Positions 12,246-24,389 of a stretch of 63,696 nucleotides of DNA are shown piece by piece. A model generated the notes under the pieces. It was not told where the DNA came from, made no database searches, and worked only from the letters and a program-made list of their open reading frames with translations. Source of the stretch: Craspedostauros australis (taxonomy: Eukaryota); NCBI GenBank assembly GCA_030167865.1, contig JALAGF010002670.1:1-63696 (forward strand). The letters run 5' to 3'. Both the position numbers and the translations under genes were made by a program. Positions within the stretch are counted from its first letter, which is position 1; the number at the start of each line of letters is the position of its first letter.

Positions 12246-14330
12246 ATGGAAACAGCAACCACAACGCTGCCGCAGCCCGCGCAGACAGATTCAAGCCAAC
12301 GGCAGTCGTGGGGTCCATCAGACGCTGGTGATTGCAGTGGCGAAGGAACTCCGCAGATGGCACTTCCATCCAACATCGTCAAGCCCCTGCAGGCGCAGCA
12401 TCGACAGATCTCCTGCAAGGAATGGGACGTGGAATCGTGGAGCGATGAGTCCACCGTCTCGGTTCCGTTGGAAGCGGCGGCCTCGATGAGGGGCTGGCCG
12501 CAGGGAGGTGATGCCAAGAAGGATGGGTCGATGGTGTGGGTGTCATTCCAGTCATCGTCGTTTGCGGATGGGAACCATGCTCTTTTCTTTGCCAAAGCTG
12601 TGAGCAGGAAGAGCAAAAGTAAGAGCAGCAGCAACAGCGATAGTGGCAGTGTTGACAACGACAGCAACAACAACAGCAACAACAACAACGACAACAATAG
12701 CAACAACAAACCATCCAGTTCGTTGCACTTGTATTTGACACGGAAGCAACTCCCACGATCTTCGTCCCACTCGGATGACAAGCTTTCGTTTTTGGACTTG
12801 TCACGATCCACCCAATCATATTCCGTGCAGGAACGACGATCCGCATCGCCCAAGTATTTAGACGATGAGCGTTCATTAGAGATGCAGGATATATTCAAGG
12901 TCTGCAAGAGCGGCAACTGCTCTGCATCGTCTACAATCACTTCCAGCACGTCCATGATGATGACGATGGAAACGCCGATGGATGATCCCACAACTGCCCA
13001 ATGCGCACCAAGTGCATGGATTGAGACGCGTGAACCAAGTGGCTCCATCAACACAGATATCGAACACACGAATATCATCACCGACGACGACGACGACGAC
13101 GAGGCGATTTGGAACCAGCTCGATGCTGCAGATGGACAGCACTTCCAATTCATACAGGTGAATGGCTGCGTCTGGGATAGCGAATTCGATCACTCCTGCC
13201 CATTGTTTGGTGATCCCATGGAGGTCTCGCTGTTCGATCATGAAGATCACGAGGAGTACCAATCGTGCCCCTCCCTCTCAAACGACATGCCTCATCAGGA
13301 TGAAACCAGCGTGTGGGTAATCCCACGTGATGGGGAGGATGACCCACCATCACAGAATAGATCAAGGATAGAATCCGGGGAGCTGCACGCTGCATCAATG
13401 CCCAAGACTGCCATGCCATTGGCAGGCCCGCCTTCACCCAATAGCGTGCACGACATCTCGTCGATTCAAACTGCATCCAGATCGATGTCAACAAGGCCGA
13501 TCTCGGCACCGTCAAGGACGCCATCATCATCAGCGCAAGCGTCGGCACCCGCAGCCCCAGCATCAGTAGAAAGTCTCTTGACAGACAAGCGCGGACAATC
13601 AATGCGACGGCTGTCCAGGAAACCAAGGTACGCGCACAGCGTCCCACAGGCCTTTGCGTTGATTGCGGAGTTCGCTGATGGTATCACGCCAAGAGCAAGT
13701 GGCAATCGTACCAAGACATTTGACGCGTCGTTGATGTCATCGATCCCGACCTTCTCGGAACGCGGCGAGTCCCGTCGCAGAAAGCCGCTGCGCCGATCGT
13801 CGTTCCCAGCAACATCGCGAGCGGACAGCGATGGGCCTCGCAAATTGCGCGCGCCCTCTCCTCGCAATGACGATCGTGACGCGCTCGGCGAGTCGAGGCA
13901 CCGATCGGAGCACTCTACACGCTGCGCTCTATCCGATGAGGCGCAGGGCGCCACTGCTTCTTCGACGTCTCCTCCTTCTACCCGTCCTCCTGCCTCTTCT
14001 TCTGCGGCACGAGGTCAATCAACGTCGACGTCATCGATGGACCCTCTGCCGCTGACAGGATGGATGCTCCGTCTGGCGTGGAAAAACTCAAGAAGTGGAC
14101 AGAGCCCTGAGTGCGCCCATTCCAGCAGTAGTGGTGCGCCGAAGCCCGCACTCCCAAAGCAAGAACGCGCGAGTGATCCATCTCCATGCATGTTGCTCCC
14201 ACCTGCCTTCCGAGCCACCGCAAACCGCCACCGGCATCTGCGACGCCAGACGTCGTTGGGCGACTCTCCAGCTGCACGCCCTGCTGCGGCAAGCTCTTTC
14301 CAGGTACGCTGCGAGATCCGGGCCGTCTGA
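12246..14330 (+). CDS. Hypothetical Ser/Asn/Asp-rich low-complexity protein, 694 aa
   Basis: Uninterrupted 2.1-kb ATG-initiated ORF with poly-N and poly-D runs; no recognisable domain. Confidence 0.6.
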   Translation: METATTTLPQPAQTDSSQRQSWGPSDAGDCSGEGTPQMALPSNIVKPLQAQHRQISCKEWDVESWSDESTVSVPLEAAASMRGWPQGGDAKKDGSMVWVSFQSSSFADGNHALFFAKAVSRKSKSKSSSNSDSGSVDNDSNNNSNNNNDNNSNNKPSSSLHLYLTRKQLPRSSSHSDDKLSFLDLSRSTQSYSVQERRSASPKYLDDERSLEMQDIFKVCKSGNCSASSTITSSTSMMMTMETPMDDPTTAQCAPSAWIETREPSGSINTDIEHTNIITDDDDDDEAIWNQLDAADGQHFQFIQVNGCVWDSEFDHSCPLFGDPMEVSLFDHEDHEEYQSCPSLSNDMPHQDETSVWVIPRDGEDDPPSQNRSRIESGELHAASMPKTAMPLAGPPSPNSVHDISSIQTASRSMSTRPISAPSRTPSSSAQASAPAAPASVESLLTDKRGQSMRRLSRKPRYAHSVPQAFALIAEFADGITPRASGNRTKTFDASLMSSIPTFSERGESRRRKPLRRSSFPATSRADSDGPRKLRAPSPRNDDRDALGESRHRSEHSTRCALSDEAQGATASSTSPPSTRPPASSSAARGQSTSTSSMDPLPLTGWMLRLAWKNSRSGQSPECAHSSSSGAPKPALPKQERASDPSPCMLLPPAFRATANRHRHLRRQTSLGDSPAARPAAASSFQVRCEIRAV

Positions 14331-14593
14331 GCGGTGTCGAACGGAGCACAGCGGCGAATGCCAACACACAGCGCTGCCATCGAGAAACAAGCACAAACCA
14401 AACTTTAAATAGAAACCGAACGCAACAACTAGCACCAAACGTCTATTGGAGGAAATGTGCAAGAGCAGTACTCGTCTTTTGCAACTTGACCAGAAGTTTC
14501 GAATAGCACTGTGCATCCCTCTGTGTGTCTACGAGCAGAGAATGCTGATGCAACAAGAGTGACCTAATCCATACATTCTCTCGAGAGAGCACT

Positions 14594-15481
14594 CTACTTG
14601 CTCTGATTCCAATCCTGCACGGCCTTCGTGATGCCGGGAAATAGATCCCGCAGGATGTCCTGGCCACGTTCCACGAATGCCTTCGGCGTATCCAGCGCAG
14701 GACGCACGTCAATGTCCACACGCGGCATGCCCGTTGCTCTGGATTCCTCCATGTAAAAATCGAGCACGTAGCGCTTCGCATCATCGACGCCATTGTCAAT
14801 GTACCAGTCGTGACGATCAAAAGGAGCGCTTCTGAGACCCAACGTGCTGAGCAGCCATGCCTTGGGCGTGATGTCCTTGGGACGGCCCTCGAAGCGGACC
14901 AGGCGGACCGATTCCGGATGTTTCTCCCATCGTCGCAGCTGGTTCCAACTGCGCTCGTTGACGGAATTGTGGATCTGCAGGAAGGACGGGATGGAGGACT
15001 CCTCGACTCCTTCCCAGCCTTTGCGTTTCATGGCGTTGAAGACCTGCTGCTCCGATGGGTACACCCAGTTGGGGATCGCACCATCCTTGGGCTGATGATG
15101 CGGGCCCTTGCTGTTGGCAGTGCTGGCGGTGGCGTCGCTGCTACCGTTGTCCACGTTGACGTTGCCCACAGCCTCTGCGATGGCGCCACGCGGGATGGAG
15201 GACACCGATCGATGAGTCGCCAGAGGCAGCTGCTGGTCCGGATGAGGCGTCTGGGCATGCTTGGCGGCCTCTTCCAGGGATGCCGGCTGCACCATCGAGT
15301 CGCTGCTGCATTCCTTCCTGGTGATCTTGGACGCGCCCATGCTGCCATCGTTGCCTCCCTTGCTTGCGCCCGCAGGAGCACCTTTGCCAAGGAAGGACCA
15401 GTACGATCGGTTTTCGTAGTCCACGGGGCATTTGCTGGCGCCCGAATCAGCGTTTTTCACGTTGCCTGATGCTTCCGACAT
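14594..15481 (-). CDS. HCCS: Holocytochrome c synthase (cytochrome c/c1 heme lyase), 295 aa
   Basis: N-terminal CPV heme-regulatory motif; WVYPSEQQVFNAMKRKGW, IHNSVNERSW, RFEGRP, PFDRHDW and DVRPALD are the conserved HCCS blocks. Confidence 0.95.
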   Translation of the reverse strand: MSEASGNVKNADSGASKCPVDYENRSYWSFLGKGAPAGASKGGNDGSMGASKITRKECSSDSMVQPASLEEAAKHAQTPHPDQQLPLATHRSVSSIPRGAIAEAVGNVNVDNGSSDATASTANSKGPHHQPKDGAIPNWVYPSEQQVFNAMKRKGWEGVEESSIPSFLQIHNSVNERSWNQLRRWEKHPESVRLVRFEGRPKDITPKAWLLSTLGLRSAPFDRHDWYIDNGVDDAKRYVLDFYMEESRATGMPRVDIDVRPALDTPKAFVERGQDILRDLFPGITKAVQDWNQSK

Positions 15482-16204
15482 CTTTGCTTCTTCTTCTCCT
15501 TCTTCTTCTTAGTATTATTGTATCGCCGTCGCTGCTATTGCTGATACAAATGCTGCCGACGATGGTTCAATGCGAGGGATACATAGAGTGCTTTTATGTG
15601 GTATTGGCACACGACCGGCGACAACCAGGAGATGAAGTATGTCTATCCTGTTGCCAGGGTTTCAAATTCGGCTTTTCTAACTTGTTGGTGTGGGCGAAAA
15701 CGACGTCAACGACGCAACAAACAATGTAGCAGATATTTAGTCTGTCCGTCCATCATGAATGAGATGAAGGAAGCAGAAACTGAGTGTAGACTGTACGTAC
15801 AACGGCGGACGCAAGCGGAGTCCATCCACATGGTACAGCTGTGGCAAATACTCCCCCACCACCACCACCACCACCACCATATCCGGACAAGTATAAGCGC
15901 TAGTATGAAAAACTGCAACTATTAGCATGTATGCATAGAGGGATTACATCTATTCAGCACTGTTGCGAAGACAGTAACGTGATCCGTGACAAGACTAGTG
16001 TCATTTTCCAAGTTTCTGTACGAGTTCGTACGACATATGGCACCTCCACATGGTGCGCTGTGTGGCTGCTGCTGCTGCTGTTCACCGCCTTCCAAAAATC
16101 TGCACCGACCTTCAGTCTGAGCGGTTTCTCAGCCGCCCTTTATGCGTTCGGCCAGAGTTGAGCAGAGCGGTGCTCGACTGGGTCAACCAAAGAGTACGAG
16201 TACT

Positions 16205-17446
16205 TTACGAATCGGAGATCAAAGTAGCCACGACGATCAGAGCACCCCCGATCTTCTCTTCGACATCTAGCTCCTCGCCCAGCAACAGGCGTCCCAGGAT
16301 CGCAGTGAACACTGGAGCCATGGCGAGGATGACATTGGATTCGGATGCATCGATCAGCGCCTGTCCCTTCTGCTGGAGAACGTCGGCTATGAATCCGGCC
16401 CCCACCGCGGAGAAGAAGATGAGGGACCACGCAGCGAGGTTCGTGTACCCGGGCCACAAGCTAACCGGGCTCCAGGCCCACGCGATCAGGAACCAAACGG
16501 TGTACATGAGAGCGAGGTACAGGTTCTTGCGACCCTGCAGCTCAAGCTCGTCGTAGTGGTCACCGAACTGGGATGTGCGGAGCATGTACATCGACCATGC
16601 AAAGGCGCTGCAAAAAATGATCAGGTCCCCTGGCGACATGCCCGTAGCAAGGCCCTTGTCGCCTGCGACAAACACCAGTCCGGCCAGAGCGACGAAGCAT
16701 CCAACCCACACTTTTGATTTGACTCGTTGGCCGACGATGGCAGATATGGTCGGCGTCATGACGAGGCTGAATTGAGTTAGGAAGGAGACCCGCGCACTCG
16801 ATAACGTTGTCAGCCCGAGGTACTGCAAGCCTTCCGTCGAACCGTTCCAGAAGGCCAGCTCCAGCGCAACTCTCCACATTGGTGGCACGTCCGCGGCCGG
16901 CATGCTGCTGCCCAATGTTCCGTCCTCCTTGTTGGAATGGTTCCCGCTCTCGCCGCCAGCGCCGTGCCTGTTGGCGCTTCCAGTTGATGCAGCTGGCCGC
17001 GCGCGGATCAGGAAGGGGACGAAGCAAATGTAGACAAGCCACCCTCTCACAAAGCTGAGAGCCGACGGCGATGGCGGGCCTGGTAGCGCGTACACGCCTC
17101 TGATTGACATGTTCAACGTGCAATTCAGAAAGGCCACGATGATGAGCGCCGACCGACCGTACCACTTCAGGTTTGGCAGCAGCTGTGTATCTTGGGTCAC
17201 TGTACCTGTGGTGATCGTCCCATGAGTTTCGATGTCACGGTTGGCCACGCCGTCATGGGGACCATCCTTGCTCTTGCAGGGCACAGAATCCGCACTGATG
17301 GATCCGTACGGCTGTGCCTGCTTCTCCTCTGACGTTGCGGCTGGTGGCTGTATCAAGCCGTTGCCCCCATCACATGCCTCATTTTTTGCAAATGACGACG
17401 CCAACATCGGCTCCGTCTCATCACACCGTATCTCTGCCGCAATCAT
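16205..17446 (-). CDS. EamA/DMT superfamily transporter, 413 aa
   Basis: About 10 hydrophobic segments; GLQYLGLTTLSSARVSFLTQFSLVMTP, GDL, and LQQKGQALIDASESNVILAMAPVFTAILGRLLLGE..GGAL. Confidence 0.9.
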   Translation of the reverse strand: MIAAEIRCDETEPMLASSFAKNEACDGGNGLIQPPAATSEEKQAQPYGSISADSVPCKSKDGPHDGVANRDIETHGTITTGTVTQDTQLLPNLKWYGRSALIIVAFLNCTLNMSIRGVYALPGPPSPSALSFVRGWLVYICFVPFLIRARPAASTGSANRHGAGGESGNHSNKEDGTLGSSMPAADVPPMWRVALELAFWNGSTEGLQYLGLTTLSSARVSFLTQFSLVMTPTISAIVGQRVKSKVWVGCFVALAGLVFVAGDKGLATGMSPGDLIIFCSAFAWSMYMLRTSQFGDHYDELELQGRKNLYLALMYTVWFLIAWAWSPVSLWPGYTNLAAWSLIFFSAVGAGFIADVLQQKGQALIDASESNVILAMAPVFTAILGRLLLGEELDVEEKIGGALIVVATLISDS

Positions 17447-18485
17447 GATCTATTCTGATGCAAACTATTATACAACGTAATGTACAACGGCAATACACGA
17501 ACTCGTTGGAACTTATGGGTGTTGTTTCGTTGGATTGGGTGTTTGATGTCCGATTCGTCGCACGCGGATAGTGTGTGGTGCTCTCCGCGAGCATTTGAGA
17601 ATTGTGGTAATGTTGTTCTGAGGGCATTGGATGTTTGTGTGGTCGTCTCAAGTTCTGGTTCTCCAGTTGTTCTTTTGTTGAGAATTTTCGCATTTGTTCT
17701 GATGTGATCGTGACTCAATACATAGTGATTCAATTCTTGGATTTCTTCTTCGTCCTGTTGAATCGGGTGGTTCGAATTCAGCGATAAACAGTGTTTGTAC
17801 ATTAACGTCTAAATAACGTTCTTTCCGATTGTGGAAGACACGCTTTCTGCGAGCATGGTTTCGATCAGTCTCAACGCCACATTTTTAAAATGGTTTTACA
17901 GGAACACGAACACTAACGGTTACCAGTGGTGCAGAGTGACGTGCGACCCCTCACAAATCAACTCCCGCAGTGTATCGACTTTCTCAGCCATACAGACGCA
18001 GACAGAGCACAGCCAGCATACAAGTACGTACCCTGCTCTGCACAAAGTGGTGTGTGTTGAGCCGTTCCATTTGGTTCATCGCGCAGCTTGATTTCTCCCT
18101 TGAGTGGAGTATCCAATCTTGCCAAAAAGCAAACCGATCACCAACCACCGATCACAAATCATCGATACAACAACAAAAACAACAACAACAACTCTGCTTG
18201 GGAAGCTTCGCCGTCGTCTTCGTATTCAATAGTCTGCTCTGCACAAAGTACACCGACTTCATCGCAACCGCCATCGCCGTCATCGCCGGAGGAGTTGCTT
18301 CGACGCTACCCGAAGAGTACCTCAATTGGTTGCGTACGACACTGCCCTTGCAGAAGCGGTGAAGTTCAGAAGAAACGAAGCGGTCTCGCAACAGAACTGA
18401 AACTGTTGCAACTCACCATCAAGCAATCAATCATATCACCGCATCATCACATCATAAAATCGCGAAAAGCAAGCTTGGCAGCACC

Positions 18486-20891
18486 ATGACATCACTCTAC
18501 GTTCTCGCGCTTGGTCTCGCGGCAGCGGTGTCGCTGCCAACGGTAGCCTCCGTGGACCCACCGACGAGTTACGTCGGCAACAACGGGTCGCCAGCCAACC
18601 GTTTTCCGCTCCAGCATTGCGAAGGCGATTGCGACGTGGACAGCGACTGCGACAGAGGTTTGCGGTGCTACCAAAGAGACGAATTTTGGCTAACGCCTGG
18701 ATGCACCGGAAGTGATGGCAGCAGAACGGACTACTGCGTTTACGAGGATGCGCCAGACCTTCCGGGCATCCCAGTCACAAAACCCCCGACGTCGATGCCA
18801 ACTGGTGACTCCACGAAAGCACCCACATCTTCTCCGACGGAAGCTCCAACGACGTCGCCGACAGCATTTCCAACATCCGCACCAACGCTGGTCCCGACGC
18901 TGATCCCGACATCGATGCCGACAACAGAGCCCACTTCTGGGCCGTCGCGCGGCCCCACCTCGGCACCAACAGCCACCGCATCATCTGGACCGACCACGGC
19001 GCCAACCACCTCGCAAGCGCCAACGCCGATGACAATGGCACCGACCGGCACACCGGAGATCGTCAGCTACGGAAGCGACCCGGAGGACGAGTTCCGTCCA
19101 CTGCAGCTGTGCACTGGTGATTGCGACCTGGATACCGATTGCGCCGATGGGCTCATGTGCTTTCAGCGAGGTCCCAACGATGCTGTTCCTGGCTGCGCTG
19201 GCGGCGAACAGTACGCAGAACCAACCGACTTTTGTGTGGTTGGAGACACGGAGCCACCGACCATGGGGCCGAAAGATCTGAACTTGGTGAGCGACACGGC
19301 AGCAACGTCGCTTGGCCATTGCCAGGGTCCGTGCGACAGCGACGAACAATGCGGTGAAGGTCTCTACTGCTACTTGAGAAGTGAAGGTGACGAAATCCCC
19401 AGCTGCTCTGGTGTGGCGACGGGCGACTCGAACTACTGCGTTGACAAGACCAACGCGTACACCCCGGGACATCTGACAGTGAACAAGATCGGCCTGATCC
19501 TGTCGGAAGGCCTTGACGTCCGCATCGTTGCCACCTACACATGGCCGGTGGAATACAGCGACGGCACGCAGTCCGCTACCACCTTCCACGGACGACCAGA
19601 TGCGGGTGCCACATTCCCTGACACGAGACCAGGCAACGAAGGTGGTTGGGTGTATGTCAGCAATTCCGAGATGCTCACCGACGGAGATGGCGGAGTCGGT
19701 GCTATCACATTCGACAAGGATGGCAACACGCTTGATTACCGCATGATCCTGGAGGGCACAACGTGGAACTGTGGAGGAGGTGAGTTCACGGCGCTTCGCA
19801 TGCCAAGATGATCGCAAAAAAGAGGTCGATGCGTACATGTTTGTGACGCGTTGGCCGTGCAGCCTTGGATTGCATACGGACATACTACAGGCCTCTCCCA
19901 CAACGAACTCCCAATGCAACTTTCGCTTCGACTCACCCATTCCTTTCCGTCATCTGCCTCGTTTTGATTCATCCTGCAAACATGCTCTCATACGTACTCG
20001 TACGCAACCGAAAATGCTTCGACACTTCGCAATGAAACCAATGTGTGTTTGCTACGACATATGATGCGACGGAACGCGACGACGACCCACGGCACAGGCC
20101 GCACACCATGGAATACGTGGGTCTCGTGCGAGGAATCTGACAACGGCGAGGTGTACCAAGTGGACCCCTTCGGTGTGAGGCCACCAGAGAAGGTGAACCT
20201 CGACAGCCGGACCGGCAAATTCGAATCCTTCGCGGCTGATAACCGTGATCCTGTCAACCCCGTCTTCTTCATCACTGAAGACCGTGACAACGGAGCTCTC
20301 ATCCGGCTCATTCCGCTGAACCAAAACAATAATGAGAACGATCCGTGGAGCACCCTCCATGGCAATATGTGGTTGAGCTTTCTCCTCCTTTCCGATGACG
20401 GCACGTTCCGCTGGACCAGCAACCACGACGAAGCACGTGCCAACGCCAAGGAGTTCTATCCTCACTCGGAGGGCATCGATTTCTACGGTTCGTCGCTGTA
20501 CTTTGTCTGCAAGGGCATCCGCACACTCTTCACCCTGGACATGGTGGCAGGTACGTGGGAGCAATCGTCGACGACTTCCGGACTGTTCCAAGGCCAGCCC
20601 GATCAGGTGCAACGCATCATCGGTGATTCCCGCGACATGCTCTACTTCACGGAGGAAGGTGGCGAATTGGCCGGCATCCACGCACGCGACAGCGAGGGCA
20701 ACTTCTACACCGTCATGGAAGGCACGGCTGGAGAAGATGAGACCACCGGCCTGGCGATGAGCCCTGACGGGAAGTTCATGTACGTTGCTTTCCAGGACGA
20801 CGGCGTGCTGTACTCCATCTGGAGGAAGGACGGCATGCCGTTCGACGGCCACCCGCTGGATGTCAAGTACCACTCCACCACAACAAGATGA
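18486..20891 (+). CDS. Secreted frustulin-ACR (x3) / PhoX(DUF839) fusion protein, copy 1; exons 18486-19779 and 20098-20891, ~695 aa
   Basis: Signal peptide MTSLYVLALGLAAAVSLPTVAS; ACR repeats CEGDCD, CTGDCD and CQGPCD with C(Y/F)QR..PGC..DYC; PT-rich linker; then FHGRPD, GGWVYVSNSE, NCGG|GRTPWNTWVSCEE, ITED, EGID, PDQ, TEEGG and ETTGLAMSPDG. Phase-1 GTGAGT...CACAG intron at 19780-20097. Confidence 0.88.
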
Positions 20892-22168
20892 ACAGAGGAA
20901 CGGGAACTGCAGTACTTGAAACAAACACGAAACAGGCAGAAAATGCAGGTTACAGTGCCATGAGAGCGGAGCGCATGAAAGAAGAGACGAATATCATCAT
21001 CTGCTCTGTTCATGCTCGTACATCAACAACACTACTACTAAGGCACGTCCTACAATATCATTTACTCATAAACGTCGCTCAGCAGGAGAATAGTCCTTAT
21101 AATCCCATCAACAGCATGATGTAACGCATGAAAAGTGGATTGCCGCATTGCGTCATTCGTCTCATAGAACACTTGGGAGCAGTCGACTCTATGTAAATCC
21201 ATTTTGTGATGGAGGTAGTCTCTCGAGAGTAGAGCACGTAAGTCGTCATTGTTGGCTGTTTGTTCATGGTGTTCTCTGTTTGACCGTCTTTGGCGATTGA
21301 TCGCATTTTCGAACGCGATCATAATTTTTGCCACGGGGAGAACAAACCACAAACAACGAGATGCTCCAAAATACGACTACTCGTGCACCAGAAGCACAGT
21401 CGAGCTTGCATTGTGTGCAACTCGTCCAGTTCGTACAGCTTGCACTGTGCGGGTATGCACCATGAGGTAAAGCAACAGAGATGAACACGGAGGTCCTTCA
21501 CAAATGCGATCGAATGCAGAGAAACCAAAGGACATTCCAGCACATCTGTCATAACCAAGCGACGAGGAGCGTTCCGCTGCCATGGTTGGTTCAAGGTTGG
21601 AAGCGAGAGTGGCAGGTCTGCACTGCGAGTATGAATGAGGCCTCTCCAGAGGAGACGCTCGTACACTCCATCCAATAATACGTACGCACCAATGCGCACT
21701 ATCATCCAACAAGTGCCGTCGCGCAGTTCGAGCAACTCGTATGGTACTTCCACCAGTGTGGACTCGCGGACCCGGCCGTTGTGATGGATTGCAGCACTAT
21801 GCCCAAATCAGAAAGAAGCCTTCATCACCAAGGGCGGTTTCAATCCACCAACAGAGTGCACGTTACTGGACTGACCCTGACCTGCCTCATCTCGGATCAT
21901 TCGCAATGAATGAGAGATTGTTGTCGCCATCATTGCTCTCCGGAAAGCAAGACGAAGCCAAACCAAGCAAACTCGATTACTCTCCCCTACTCTCCTGTAA
22001 TCCGCCCTGTGATCTGCTCTCGTCTCATCACAAACTCATGTCTGTGAGCACATCAAACATCACACTCTGTCGAAGTCCATCTCACTGCAAACACAAACAC
22101 CAACCCAAGAGAGTTCCCTCGCACTCATACTTTGTTCTATTCGGGATCTGGAACGGACATCCAACGCA

Positions 22169-24389
22169 ATGAGACTCACTTTTCATTCAGCCACCGCACC
22201 GCTCGTGGTGCTACTCACGCTCTTGGTATCGGCGCAAGCTCCGAGCCCAGTCCTTGGCTCCGTCCGCGGAGCAAAGAAGAGGGAGGAATTGAACGAGCCG
22301 CGCGATCTGCGTGACTTGCGGCAAAGCCTGGCAGACCAACTAGGCTTTGGAGGCGCCGCAGGGAGCGTCCCCAAAGGTGTCCCATACGTCAAGCTCGACC
22401 CCATCCCGATTCCACCATCTGACCTGCCCACGCCGCTGGTCTATCACAGCTCTTCGTTTGATGGTGCTCTGGCATACATCGCGGGTGGGTGCAGATCGTC
22501 CATTGCTTCGTCATCTTCTTCCTCTCCTCCTCGACGACAGGACTGCGATGATATCTCCCAAACTTTGATCACGTTCAACCCCAACGCGTTTCCCGACCAA
22601 TTCAGCACGGTGTCGACAATGCCATCACCAAGGTACAAGCACTGCAGCATCCTCCATGGGTCGAAGCTTTGGCTCATCGGCGGATTGACAGCACCTCAAG
22701 AGGCGTCCGCAACGGTCGATGTAAGTTGCAAATGTTGTATGGTACTGTTGCGCATGAAGCATGCCATTCGTGGTGACCACCCAGAGTCCACGATGATGGC
22801 ACTTGCAAGCACAAGTGCAAGCATATCTCAATGAGCCGACGGCTCAATCCTCAACCCCGAAGTTCTGCATGTGCACCATACTGTATCCGCATACTCACAG
22901 CGCCTTCCCCGATGCCGATTTCATGATGCGCTTGCCACCACCGACATCGCAAAAACAAAACAACGACACGGCCTCTGCTGACACCCAACGCACGACACGG
23001 GATGCGGGTCCACAGATGTACGACAAGTCCACAACAAGTTGGAAGTCTTTCGATCTCCCCACTGATTTCAAAGTCTTCGACCATGGCTGCGTGTCTCGGA
23101 ATCAATTCATCTACGTCATGGGCGGATACAAGGCGACGGCCGATGGAAGCAGCAGCATCGCCACAGACCAAGTCTTTCGCTTCAGCATGGATCTGGCCAC
23201 CGTGACAGCCAACATGGTTCAAGTCCAGATGATGGCACCCATGCTATCGGCACGAGCGGCGTTCGGTGTGATCAAAGTGGCCGGGTCCATCGAAGTGCTG
23301 GCCATCGGCGGATATTCCAACGAGGATCCGTTCTGTGCGCAGTCCTCAGTCGAACGATACGACTTCGGCACCGACACGTGGACGTCTGATGCATCCATGA
23401 ATGAACGCCGCACTGGTTCCGCCATGTTGATGAATGATGGAGTCGTCTATGCCATGGGTGGATTTCCATCGATGGATGACGAGAGTTGCGCCAATGCCTT
23501 CGATGCCAACCCAGTCATCCCTCTCGCGGAAAGCTTTGCACCGATCGAAGCGTTTGTGGACGGCACATGGGCAACGATCCGCGACGATCGCCTCTCCCAG
23601 CAGGTCGGGCTGTTGGCAGGCGGTTCGTCCCTGTACTTTGCGCTGACGAAGGCAATCTACTTCGTCGGAGGTATCGGTGCCTACAACGCGGCATGTGGAT
23701 GCTACGAGCCGAGCAAGCATATCGAGGTGACCACGACATTGCAAGAGTCCGCTCAGTCTGCCATCTACGCACCCTCGAATGATGTGTGCGGAGAGGCGAT
23801 GCCACTGCTGTCGTCGTCGTCATCCGCAACCATCGCATCGTCCACAGCAACATCATTCAGCGAAAATGCATTGTCAGTTGCATTCGGCCGCACCAACGGC
23901 TCAACGATCAGCCGGCATCCGCCCGTCTGCAGCCAGCAATCTCTGTGGACGTCCGCGATCTTTTCCGGAGGCTCATCTTCGGCCCTGCCGCTGGGCCGTG
24001 GCGTGTGGTTCGTGGCACGCGGCACAGGCGAACGATTTCGAGCATCCACGTGCCACTGGTTCACAGGCTTTCACCATGAGCTGTCGATATACACCAGCGA
24101 CGACAGCAGCAGCTGCACGCAGCACCTATCTTGCGCAACCGTCATCAATGTCACATCTTGCGATTCTAACTCAGCAACGCAAGAACAGGAGCGCCCAATG
24201 TTTGGATACAGCGCGGTGTGGGACACGGTGGCTGGAGTCACGTACTACATCTTGCTCCAAGGCTTCAACAGCGAGGCAATTGAACTGCCTGGCAGCACTC
24301 CGCCTGCGGATTCCTTGCTTGGCAGTCTTGTGGCCGGGAACAGCACTGGGGCGTACGCAATCTGGCTCGAAAACATCCTCGCTGAGTAA
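22169..24389 (+). CDS. Secreted Kelch-repeat protein with C-terminal Cys-containing beta-rich domain; exons 22169-22720 and 23016-24389, ~641 aa
   Basis: Signal peptide; repeated Kelch units (AYIAGG, LWLIGG, IYVMGG, VLAIGG..VERYDFGTDTW, VYAMGG, IYFVGG); phase-0 GTAAGT...CACAG intron at 22721-23015. Confidence 0.85.

Noticed and set aside
20043-20891. Treating 20043-20891, 27800-28693 and 33681-34667 as separate genes
   Set aside because: They are second exons: matching phase-1 splice sites reconstitute the continuous NCGGGRTPW motif.
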